Of a stretch of DNA of 64,000 nt, positions 49,180-60,704 are shown piece after piece. The stretch lies in contig MU008163.1 in the NCBI GenBank assembly GCA_010909165.1, positions 1,178,001-1,242,000 on the forward strand. The letters are read 5' to 3'. Source of the stretch: Anthoceros angustus (Eukaryota; Plantae; Anthocerotophyta). Position 1 is the stretch's first letter, and every line of letters begins with the position of its first letter. Position numbers and translations under genes: made by a program. Under the pieces are notes generated by a model that saw nothing but the letters and a program-made list of their open reading frames with translations, was not told the origin of the DNA and searched no databases.

Positions 49180-49531
49180 ACAAACGCCTTTGGTGTGCCA
49201 GCGGAATTGATTTCGGAAATGCAGAATGGGGAGTCACATGATGAAGATAGTGTCCACGTTTTGAAGTCAGGGTATCAGAGAGCGAGCCCTGTTTAAGGGT
49301 CGTCAATGGTCGGCCCGGACCCCTTCTGGATGTCTAGGCCCTCAGTCCGTCGCCGTTCTGGAATGTGGGAAGGCGCAGAGTTATCAAGAGTATTATTTCT
49401 TCCACCTCATACTGCCTTATGTTTTTCGGAAGTTACATGCGTGCAATTGTATGTAAACTGAAAGGTAACGTTGTTTGGTCCATAGTCGACCCTGAGTGTC
49501 GAGCCTTCAGTGGCTCTCTAAACTGATAGTT

Positions 49532-50513
49532 CTACGAAGCGGATGAAAATGAAAATAAATCCCGTACTGTTAGCTTCCAGTCACAGCTTGCCTCTGCTTC
49601 GGCCGCCGGTTTGTCCAGATGGGCAAGTACAACATCCGCCCCAACTGTAACGTTTCCATCTATGGCTACAGACAGGACAAGCACCAATTCGTCCTGATGA
49701 GTATCATAGGGCGCTTCTCCTCCTGCATCTTCCAAAGATTCTCCATCCTTGTGTCTAGCAGTCAGGGCCATTAGCCTTGTTCTGTCCACCATGCTCCTAA
49801 CTGCTGCCAACCAATTGCTTGGTTTCACAAGACGGAATTCTTCATTCCCCCCATCAGCCGTGACCTGGGTCAGCAGAATGATATTCTGGTATCAAGTGAT
49901 GAGTGAATTTGGAAAAACATGGACGTAACACGGCAAAGCACATGAAAAGCTCAGCTCAGACCTGGTCGGTATCCGAAATTTCAGAAGCGGCACTCGGATC
50001 CACGATCAAATTTCTGGGCACGTATTCCACAACCCACTCAGTGGACGCGTAAGCCGGGACCTCATCCAAATCTGGTCTGCGCTTGTTGCTGAATCCACTG
50101 CCTGCACCTCGAGCCAGTGTCCGAACGGATTCGGTGACCAGCACACAACCCCTCCCATGCCGCTCAAGGCCCTCCCTGGCAACAGATCTCACAATCCTCG
50201 CCCGGATGGGATCGTCGCAGCATGTCTGAAACACATCATCCCACACCAGCATCATCTGGTCGAAATCCTGACCACCGCTTCTGCCTGTCTTGCTTCGTTT
50301 CTTCCTAGCCGATTTTTTCCTCGCAGTCTTGCTGGCTGCGCAGACGACACTCAGTCGCTGGCCCCTGCATTGAGTCTGAAACTGTGGGAATGGTTTTGGC
50401 CTCGGGTGGCCTGGAGACCGGCACCCGGGAAGCAAGCGTTGCAAGGCGCTTCTTCTCGTGAAGCCTGGTGAATGCATGAACATGCCCCTCGCTGCGACCG
50501 AGGACACTGCCAT
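49532..50513 (-). CDS. Unknown protein with a chloroplast transit peptide, 294 aa, 2 exons
   Basis: Exons 50513-49962 and 49864-49532, joined in phase 0 by a 97-nt GT-AG intron; alternative ATG at 50528. The S/R/A-rich, acid-free N-terminus ends RLSVVC-AA, followed by a basic patch and a globular-looking region. Confidence 0.75.
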
Positions 50514-51003
50514 TTCGAGGCCCCGCATTCAAACTGCCTCAATGTCGGTGGGAGCAAAGGGCTGACATACCGTACTCTTCAATGCCATGGACATCATACA
50601 TGCTCGTCAAAATTCCCGGAAATGGTAAACCCTAGCTCCATCGAGCTTCCAAGAATGCCAGCTCAGTTGCTTTGGATGGAGTGGAGCTCCTTCAGTGCCC
50701 TGAGTTTCTTCGTCATTTCCAGCTCTGCAGGTCGTTCTTCTGCACCAGGCTACCGCCTCCGTGTTGCCCCATGCACATAAAAAAAGTGCGCTGCTCGTAT
50801 ATCTTTTGCTACGACCTTGCCAAATCCTTGGGCCACAGGCCGATTACCCTGGCATGGTTCTCATCCCAGGTCCAGCATACATGCTGAAGCTCTCAGACAA
50901 GGCAACCTAGAGGGCCCTGAGTTGCACACAACATGGCTGCTAACAACAGATGGTCCGTTCTGATATGGATTCCCAGCACCGGCCTCACACGAAAAATTTA
51001 CGT

Positions 51004-53230
51004 GTAGTTATACTTTTCTAAAGCCAATTGCGGGAAACTTTACATATAGTTATACTTTTCTAAAGCCAATTCCGAAAAAATTTACATATATTTATAATAA
51101 GTTTAAATTATAAAGAAAGTTATCTTTGAGTAGGTGGTGAGAAAAATTATGTCCATTTGTAATTAATTGATAAAAAGCTCAAATTATAAGGAAATTGATG
51201 TATCACTACCTCAAAAGGCTCAAATTTTGAGGCGTATTATGTATGAAGAGAAGGTGTATTTATAATAGATCCACAAGCTTAAATTACATGAGAAACTACA
51301 TATGGATTGCAAAATTTTATATGTTTCTATAATGAATCACATAAATTGGTTGTAGATATATGGGATGGTAGAAGTGAGGTTATTGAGAGATAAGGAGTTT
51401 TAATTAGTCTCAAGAATCCCTTATTACACCATAGCCAAGGAAGTGCATACGGTTAGGGTTATTTAGTGTACCAATTGAACATCTAAAGTGGAGTGAATAA
51501 GAGTCTAGATTGGCTATGTCTATGTGTAAACCCTCTCTACAAGTTTTTTCTTTAACAACTGCAGCCCATAGACTAAGTGCCTACCATAGACTAAATGGTC
51601 TAGTATCTAGTCTCTCTGGGTTGAACATGGACTAAATGCCTATTGTCTAGCTACTAATAATGCTCATAAACATCCTTTGTGAAATCAAACAACATGACTA
51701 CGTACATATATACTACTAAATCCTACTCAATATAACTAATTTTGACTTAAAATTCTTGTATAAAAAATAAAGACTTATAGATCTTCACCCGTGATTTTTA
51801 GGATGCATGCAACTTTTTTCAATCTACAGTCAAACCCCTCTAATTGGGACCCCTATAAATGGGAACCCCCTTTAAATGGGACGCCCGGGCTTACTCCCTT
51901 GAATGTGCTATATGCTAAATGGGAAACCCCTCTAATTTGTAAATGGGAACATGTCTCCCAAACATTCAATGCAAGTACACCTAAAAGGGAAAATACATAT
52001 TTTTAAAAAAATAAAAAAAATTGAGAAAATCGTCTTATCGAGATTAAATCATGAGTTATTGAGATTATGTCAAGTTAAAGGCTATCGAGATTATATCATA
52101 AAACATAGACAGCCATCGAGATTGGGCCTATATATGTAGTTATACTTTTCTAAAGCCAATTATGGAAACTTTACATATAGTTATACTTTTCTAAAGCCAA
52201 TTCCGAAAAATTACATATATTATAATAAGTTTAAATTATAAAGAAAGTTATCTTTGAGTAGGTGGTGAGAAAAATTATGTCCATTTGTAATTAATTGATA
52301 AAAGCTCAAATTATAAGGAAATTGATGTATCACTACCTCAAAAGGCTCAAATTTTGAGGCGACATGTATGAAGAGAAGGTGTATTTATAATAGATCCACA
52401 AGCTTAAATTACATGAGAAACTACATATGGATTGCAAAATTTTATATGTTTCTATAATGAATCACATAAATTGGTTGTAGATATATGGGATGGTAGAAGT
52501 GAGGTTATTGAGAGATAAGGAGTTTTAATTAGTCTCAAGAATCCCTTATTACACCATAGCCAAGGAAGTGCATACGGTTAGGGTTATTTAGTGTACCAAT
52601 TGAACATCTAAAGTGGAGTGAATAAGAGTCTAGATTGGCTATGTCTATGTGTAAACCCTCTCTACAAGTTTTTTCTTTAACAACTGCTCAGCCATAGACT
52701 AAGTGCCTACCATAGACTAAATGGTCTAGTATCTAGTCTCTACGGGTTGAACATGGACTAAATGCCTATTGTCTAGCTACTAATAATGCTCATAAACATC
52801 CTTTGTGAAATCAAACAACATGACTACGTACATATATACTACTAAATCCTACTCAATATAACTAATTTTGACTTAAAATTCTTGTATAAAAAATAAAGAC
52901 TTATAGATCTTCACCCGTGATTTTTAGGATGCATGCAACTTTTTTCAATCTGATCAAACCCTCTAATTGGGACCCCTATAAATGGGACGCCTGCTTACTC
53001 CTTGAATGTGCTATATGCTAAATGGGAAACCCTCTAATTTGTAAATGGGAACATGTCTCCCAAACATTCAATGCAAGTACACCTAAAAGGGAAAATACAT
53101 ATTTTTAAAAAAATAAAAAAAATTGAGAAAATCGTCTTATCGAGATTAAATCATGAGTTATTGAGATTATGTCAAGTTAAAGGCTATCGAGATTATATCA
53201 TAAAACATAGACGATCGATTGGGCCTATAT
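51004..53230. repeat. Tandem duplication of ~1.13 kb (51004-52136 and 52137-~53230); possibly an assembly artefact
   Basis: The second copy differs mostly by 1-4-nt deletions. The junction lies at TGTAGT microhomology. Confidence 0.85.
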
Positions 53231-53757
53231 ATGTAGTAGTTCAGACACTATGCTTTGTGATCGGAAGCATTGTTCCTAGTCCTCACTTTGTCAATGAGGA
53301 GGGTGAGGAGAATAATCTGTCGGTGGAGACCATAGCGCCAAGGCTGCGTCGACAAAGGATGCTGTAGATAATGCTATGAGGATAGCAAAGATGTTTTGGA
53401 AGAGATGCCACATAACACTCTTGATGCTTTGAAGTTGCATTCTCAGTTGGAAAAACATATTGCTAGTCATTGGATGAAAGCAACTCAGCATCAATCAAGG
53501 ATTGATGATTATTTTAACCCAGCAAACTAGAATTAGGTTGGCAGCTATGTAGTATGAGGGAGCATTTTGGATTTTTTTTAGATTTTTTGGATTTTTTGGA
53601 AGCTTTTAAGCTCTTTCAAATTTTTGATTTAAAGGATTTTTGATTTTTTTTTAAATATTTTTATTTTAAAAAAAGATGAAAATGCCTAAACGGGAACCCC
53701 TCTAAATGGGACGATTTTTGCTACTCCCAATTGTTCCCAATTAGAGGGGTCTGACTG
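51827..53757 (+). mobile_element. pogo/Tigger-like (Tc1/mariner) internally deleted element
   Basis: TA|CAGTCAAACCCCTCTAATTGGGA ... TCCCAATTAGAGGGGTCTGACTG|TA: 23-bp TIRs with one mismatch and a TA TSD. Subterminal TAAATGGGA(A)C repeats at both ends. A residual frame ends ...QHQSRIDDYFN (~53515), like pogo transposase C-termini. Confidence 0.8.
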
Positions 53758-54034
53758 TATATTATAATGAGGATAAATGATCAGGAGACTTTATAAATTC
53801 TAACACCAATGCGATAGAGAACATTTGTCATGTGCAGATTATGTGCTGTCATAATCAGTTAATTATTAATTATTAAGTTAAATAAATATTCAATTATACT
53901 AATTTATAAAGGAGTTAGGATAACTTTGCAAGGTGAACTTGACATTGATGCAGAATGGACTTTTCTGCAAATGGTTAGGAATCATGTTAAGCAAACTAGA
54001 ACACACAACAAGCATTTATCTTTGCGGTGTGGTG

Positions 54035-54285
54035 GCGGGAGACTTAGCTATTTAAGTGGCGCTCATCTTGAAGACACTAGCTATAAAGCTGGTCTTCCTT
54101 TGTGATTGCAATAAAGTGTTGCTTGCGGGAGACTTAGCTATTTAAGTGGCGCTCATCTTGAAGACACTAGCTATAAAGCTGGTCTTCCTTTGTGATTGCA
54201 ATAAAGTGTTGCTTGCGGGAGACTTGGCTATTTAAATGGCACCCATCTTGAAGACACTTTATGATTGCAATAAAGTGTTGCTTGC
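54035..54285. repeat. 90-bp tandem repeat: two identical copies plus one shortened, diverged copy
   Basis: GCGGGAGACTT(A/G)GCTATTTAA starts at 54035, 54125 and 54215. Confidence 0.95.
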
Positions 54286-57200
54286 GATTGTGTGGACGCC
54301 TGGCTTTCAACTCATTGATAGAGTCGTGAATGGCAGACTGCAAGGATACCGGATCGTTGGTTTTGAGTTGTTCCCGGTTCTGAAAGTGTGGATTCAACAA
54401 GATTCCATTACTTATAGGTGATTGCGCTAAAAGAGGATTATTATTCATTTTCTCCAACATGAAAATTATATTATTAAGTAGTAAATAAATTAATGCAACA
54501 CTGTAAGAACCAACAGCAGCACAACACATCCCTTTAGAGAGCCAAGCCTTGGCCAAGGGGCTCGGGGACTAACCCCTTGATTGTTTATCCTTAAGCTCTC
54601 GACGATTCTCAAGATGTAAAAGTCGAAAATAGAAAAGGGCCTACTTACCATGGGGGTGAAGGTGCTGCATCCCCCGTGTTCAAAGGCAACTTGAAAATTG
54701 CATTGGCCATCGAGCCTCTGTAGGGGGATGGATACTCATTACCAGAAGAATGCCACCATAGAGGATAGAGCTCCGAGACCTACTCCATTCTTGCATATAT
54801 GAGATGCTTTAGCACAATCCTTTAGAGGGAAACCTACTTCGTTCCTGCGGATGTGGTCTACTTTAGCACAATCCTTGATAAACATCAAGAAGTCCTTGCC
54901 TATGACCCCGTGAGTCTCAATAGAAATGAGGATAAAAAATGGCCATGATATTCCTCAAGAAGTCCTTGCCCATGCCCTACGAGTTTCAATAGTAACGGGA
55001 ATGAAAACATGGCTTTGCATATGTGGTATGTTTTAGCGCAACCCTTGATAAACCTTGCGAAGTGAGTTTCGATAGCAACGAGAATGAAAACTTGTAATGC
55101 TCGGCATTCCGGCCCCATCAAATTCAGGCACGGGTGGCGCGTTAAATGTGCGTTGTTGTTGCAGATCGTCGAGAAGAAGGCCACCCTGATGGATTTAGTG
55201 CAGAGGTGAACCGAGTCTTGAGGGAGGTTGTGTGGCCGGATCTCCCATCCAATCCAAACACCTGTTGTAGGCTAGCACCGACTGCAGCGGAGCCCCAAGC
55301 TCAAACTCCCTCAATGCCGCCGTCGATTGGGCTTAAGGATTGCCGAAGATAGCGATAAAGACGAAACTCAAGTTGAGACTCCTAGTCTGGGAGAGGAGCT
55401 AGGACTCTCAGCCCGGAAGAGGAAACCACACAGCTAAGTTCCTTTCCTAGTTCCAACCTTGGTTCGTACCTGGCTGCGAGGACCTCCTCTTATTTTGGGC
55501 ATTGTAGTTGTAGTCTTAGTTCTCCACATTAGGCTGATTGCACTTATTGTTGTGGGAGTCTTTTCCTGCTTCTCCATTTCATGCCGCCTTTGAGGTTCAT
55601 AGTGAGTGGCAGGGGAGAGAATCCGGTCATGGAGAGACCGAGATGCGGGATGTGGCCGGTGTGTGCTCCTCTAGTTGCCCCAAAGGACGGGGGGCTTTCC
55701 TGCCACGCGTCCATTGGTGGCAACCACTTAGGGAGGGGCTCGCTTCGCATGTGCGGCATGGACTGCTAACCACCACTTTGCACATGGGGCCCCGATTTAT
55801 GAACCCGGTTGGGAAAGTGTAGGTAGAAGCTTGCTGCCCTGGCGGGTCCATTTTGTGAAGGGCCCCACCATTTCTCTCGCTGTATGTGATGAATTCCTTG
55901 GATTTCTTGTGACTAGTAGTGATCCTCCTGCATCTCCAATTGTGTTTTGCACCTAAGCTTGTTCCTAGAGCACTTCGAAAGAGCCCAAAGAATAGTAACC
56001 CGACCCAAACTCTAGGGGGTTCCTTTCATGCTCGCAACTCTATTTCTACTCCGTCCAAGGCAACTACAAGCTTGTTGGAAAGCGCACACAGAGCGTGGCA
56101 CTACCCTATTTTCTCGGAATTAATGTCTAATCACAGCGTTTACAGAAAAATCAGAAACCACAATGCTTGAATTTCATGAAAAATAGGTATGATAGTTCAG
56201 GGGTAAAATGATGCGAGCTTCGTGATCTCCGGGTCAAGCATAGTATAGGTATAGGCGCTCCCTGATAAGATTACCGGTGAAGCGTTTGAGGTTTTGGTGA
56301 GAGTGCAGCAACTACGCTTCGTTTCCGATTAGGTGCGACAATGGTTTAGAAATGGGCGGATATGCGAGGGCGGGAAGCATCGGCATGAGTGCAAGAGTGG
56401 GAGCGTGTGTTCCGCTCCGCAGGCTCCGCAGCCTAGGGTGATCATCTCCAGATATGCGGGGGGAGCTCAGCCTCGGGGCCGGAGGCTGGGGGCCGGCCAC
56501 GGCGAGGGCTGCAGGTCCATGTTGGCGACACTGGCGTCTGGCGAGACGTGAGGCCGGCCGATCTAGCCGCCTTCATCATCGGGCGATGCTCCTCATGTCT
56601 CGCTTTGTACGAGGCACCATGATAAGTCGTGACGCCAGGCGGCCTCGCCTTGCCGCCTGCATGTTTGCAAAGCGTTGACCTCCTCCTCCCCCGGCTCCCC
56701 AAAATCAAATCCCTCGGCACTTGCGCCCCGGTTCGTTAGGGTAACAAGGTGTAAGTAATGTTTGAGGCAAGGCTGCTGCAGCCTGTGAGCAGTAAAAAGC
56801 TGGGTGGGATCTCGCTGGCGCCGGCTACGCTGGACACTGCAAGAAAAGGAGGGAAGGGCAGGGAGGGAAAGGCAACAAGGCGGAAGTGGGCTACACCTAC
56901 AGACTACAGACTACAGAGGTGTATTTTAGGCTCGAGAGGAGATACTACCTACTGCTCCGCCTGCAGGTTTCATCAGAGTTCTCCAGACTTCCTTCCAGAG
57001 CCGAGAGCGGATGATGGGACGACCCGGGTTTGGAGCTGACAGTCCCTGGGCCTGCACAATGAATACCACCCGTGAGAGAGGGAAGAGAAAAAGTCACAGC
57101 CGCTGCTCGCCTCCTCTCTCATGGCACCCCCTTGTGCCACCCGCTATGGAGCATTATTAGAGAGCTATTGAATGGAGCCTGGAGATGGCTCCCTCTCATA

Positions 57201-58294
57201 GCGCAACCCTATGTGCAGGCTGCAGTACAGAGTTGTTGTCCCGGGCTGGAAGATATCCAAATCTTTCTTCATTTGTGGGAATCGCTCAAGCCTCACCGCT
57301 AGTACTGTTCCTCACATGCATGGCTTTAGCACCACATGATGGAGAGCCAAGGCCACTCATCGCTGCCACAATCCATCATGCCCCTCCATTGTGAAAATAC
57401 AGGAAAAGGATGGGCGGTGGAGTAGATACCTACATACCTTGTTGTATTGCCGACACCGACAAGTGAAGAAGAATTGTCTCCTCCACCCAGTAGGAACCCA
57501 GATGACTTGTATCTTCACTGTTCCGTTGCAACTTGCTACATCCAGTTGTCACCTGGAAGGCAGGAGGGTTGGCGGCCATCTCCGTTCCCCGCCCTCGGTG
57601 GAGAGCGGAGGGCATGTCCCTAGTGCAGCAGGTGAGAGTAGAAGCGTTGGGCGTGACAGGCAAACCTCTCCAACTGTTTTAGTGAAAGCGGCCACACTGA
57701 CCAATCATGGGCGTTGCCCATGAACCGCATTTGGCTCCTTCCCACTGCAGTGTGACCCTTTGGGAGCGTCATGTATCCGTTGCCCAACAGCCAACTGCTC
57801 TCCACACACTCATGTGATCCCAGAAGACGTTGCTTCCAGTACAGTACAAGGACCTTCATCCCCTTCTGACGTACCTGTCCACACTCACATGTCGCAGACG
57901 CGGGGATGCAGGTCCCCAGTGCCTTATGGTACACACACCTGCAAGATATTACTCGCGGCACTTCTGAACTTAGTACAAGGCTACGTAATCCCGTCAGACT
58001 CCTACCAACTTCATGCGTCACGACAGACGGACAACGTAGACCAGGCACTGGCTGGACTGCCAGAAATAGTAAAACGGGATAACTTGCGCCAAGCTTATTG
58101 CGATAGTTACAGGGGGAATTTTGCATCTTACGCACCACATATACACCATCTACCTACCATACTCCTGAAATGAATTCCCTACTTTACCCGTCTCTCCACG
58201 TGAACCTTCATCAGCAACCAGATTCAAAAGGAGAGTTGATATGGGCAGACCGGATATAGTAGTAATACCCCTATTAACCTTTGATTGTTGCTAC

Positions 58295-60704
58295 CTATCC
58301 GTCCTGTTTTCTCCACTTTCTCATGAAGCCGATGGCACTTGGACTGTCGATTGAAGTATCACTGTCGTCCTGCTCTGCGGCCTTGGCTGCCTCCTTGGAT
58401 AGCCGCTGCAGAATTTTCTCCTGGCTTTGAGTGTTCTCTCGTTTTGCCCTGTTCACATCTCGGTTAACTCTTCTATCCTGTGGCACCAGCGAGATTTAAG
58501 TTGAGAAGATAGATCTCAAGGATAACTTAAATGCACTTGGGTACACAGGTCAGAGGGACAACACAGACTTTGAAGCATGCCGACACAAGTAATGCCAACA
58601 TTCACAACAAGAGGCACCTATCTTACATCACGAAAAGGAAACTCCTCTGCTTCTAGCATGTGCACAACATGCCCCATCTTTGGCCTCTTCGTGGCATCAG
58701 GATCAACACAGCGCAGAGCTACTAGCAATGCTCGCTTCAAAGCACGAGATGAAGGCTTCACAGGCATTTTAGGATCCGCTACGTCCTCTGACCGTCTGGT
58801 TCCCACCATCAACTTCAACCAGTCCACCAAGTTCACCTGGGTACCAAACGGCCCAGATGAGTGTCTTGCAAGTCGAGGGCCACAATGTCAAACAAGGGAA
58901 GGCAGAGATATAATTCCAGATGTGGTTACCTCTCCAGAAGCTCGTCCATAGTCCACAGGATCTCTACCAGTTATAACCTCCATCAGGAGGACTCCAAAGC
59001 TGTATACATCACTTCTCTCGTTGAGCAAACCGGTATTGGCATACTCAGGAGCCACGTACCTGCATGGCATAAACAATTGACGATCAGCTTCACTAAGTAT
59101 GCACCAGAGTAAAAAGTACAGACACTCGGACATCATACATACCCAAAGGTTCCCATCACCCGAGTGGTCACATGACTCTTCCCAGAGCCTAGAAGTTTTG
59201 CTAGCCCAAAATCAGAAACTTTGGCGTTCCATTCGTTGTCAACCAGTATGTTGCTGGACTTGATATCCCGGTGAACAACCTTGGGCTCCAATGCCTCATG
59301 TAGATAAGTCAACCTGCAGAAGGTACCATCTTGGAATGAATTGGCGGTTTTTCATAGCTAATACCACAAGACCAGGCACTGACCAATACAGATGCACCCA
59401 CCCTTTTGCAGTTCCCAACACAATCTTCATGCGAGACTCCCAGCTAAGGGGATTTGTCAGTGACATAGAACCATGAAGCCACTGTTCCAGATTGCCATTG
59501 TCCACGTACTCATACACAAGCATCCTGAGAAGGGGTGAGTACCATCGTGTCAGGAAATGAAAACAAATGAGTGATGAATCTGACCTGTTTCACTCATTCC
59601 AGCAAACATTTGTGTCATGAAGAAATAAAGATTCCACAGACTCATACCTTTGAACTCCTTCTACACAATAGCCAAGCAATCGCACCAAGTTCTTGTGTCG
59701 AACTCGGCCTATGGCCTCGACCTCTACACGAAACTCCTTTTCCGCCTGTCCCCTGAAGCAGACAAGCAAAACAGCGAAGGGTCAAATGCACTAGCCATAC
59801 CCTATCAGGAGACGAGAAATTGACTCTGGCTGTTCCCTTAGCAAGAGAAGTAGGGCGTGCAAAATCCATGAGTCAATCAGATCAAACCATCTTACTTGTT
59901 GTTCAATAGATTCTTCACAGCTACAAGAGTCCCGTCCTGCAAGTGGCCCTTGAAGACAATGCCATATCCACCTTCGCCAAGAACATTCACTTCTGAGAAC
60001 GCATCAGTAGCAAGTTCTAGCTCACCATATGAGTACCAGCTTCCCCAACCCAGATGAGATGCATCGGCAGGTGAGCCTATAGACAATGTTTCAACACTTT
60101 GAAAGGAGGATTTGCCCGTATCAGGAGCCAATAAACCATGACGATCTCCATCATGAGAACCAGCACTTGGCACCCTGGACGATGCTGCTGTGCTACGAAT
60201 TTCTGCCTCTGATTGGATGTCTTGTGCCCCACTCTCGGATATCCCACTTTCAGATGCATCCCGCTGTATGAGGAACACTTTCTCGGTGGTGACGTCTGGA
60301 AACTTTCTCTGGACATTTCCTTTACTGGGTTCCATTTGATCTTTGTGAACCACAATTTTGGCTTCTCCTGCCCCGACATGAACCACCACCTTCTCTGTGG
60401 AATCCTTCTCCCCTGAAGTCTCATTGATCGGCAATAAAACGCCATCAGGAGGCGGCAAGTAAGTGTTCCCTACTCTGTCAATTTTGACTTCCTTGATCTC
60501 CTTAGAGTCATTTGGTATCATAAGGGAAGGCAACTTCTCATGGGTTCTCCTTGCCTTTTTCCGACAAGTCAGCCAGATTGCTAGGACACACAGCATCACC
60601 ACGATGAGAGCACCAACACCAATGCCAATAAGGACCCATAATTTAAGACCAAACACAGAGGTCTTCTGGGAGAGATCCTTGTTCAGTTTGCTCTTGGAGA
60701 CCAT
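58295..60704 (-). CDS. Receptor-like cytoplasmic kinase, RLCK-V type (At1g01540/At2g42960-like), 576 aa, 7 exons
   Basis: Exons 60704-59896, 59752-59648, 59524-59402, 59313-59143, 59059-58930, 58836-58627 and 58477-58295; 1731 nt, all introns GT-AG. N-terminal [21 protein letters not shown] transmembrane signature, followed by [27 protein letters not shown] and GTFGYVAPEY. Confidence 0.97.

Noticed and set aside
54502-56144. Candidate solo LTR (TGTAA...TTACA)
   Set aside because: The flanks AACAC and GAAAA do not form a TSD, and a 5-bp inverted match is expected by chance.
57620-58173. Overlapping 172-aa and 137-aa ORFs downstream of the kinase
   Set aside because: No motifs and no ATG-anchored gene structure; the position fits the kinase 3' UTR.
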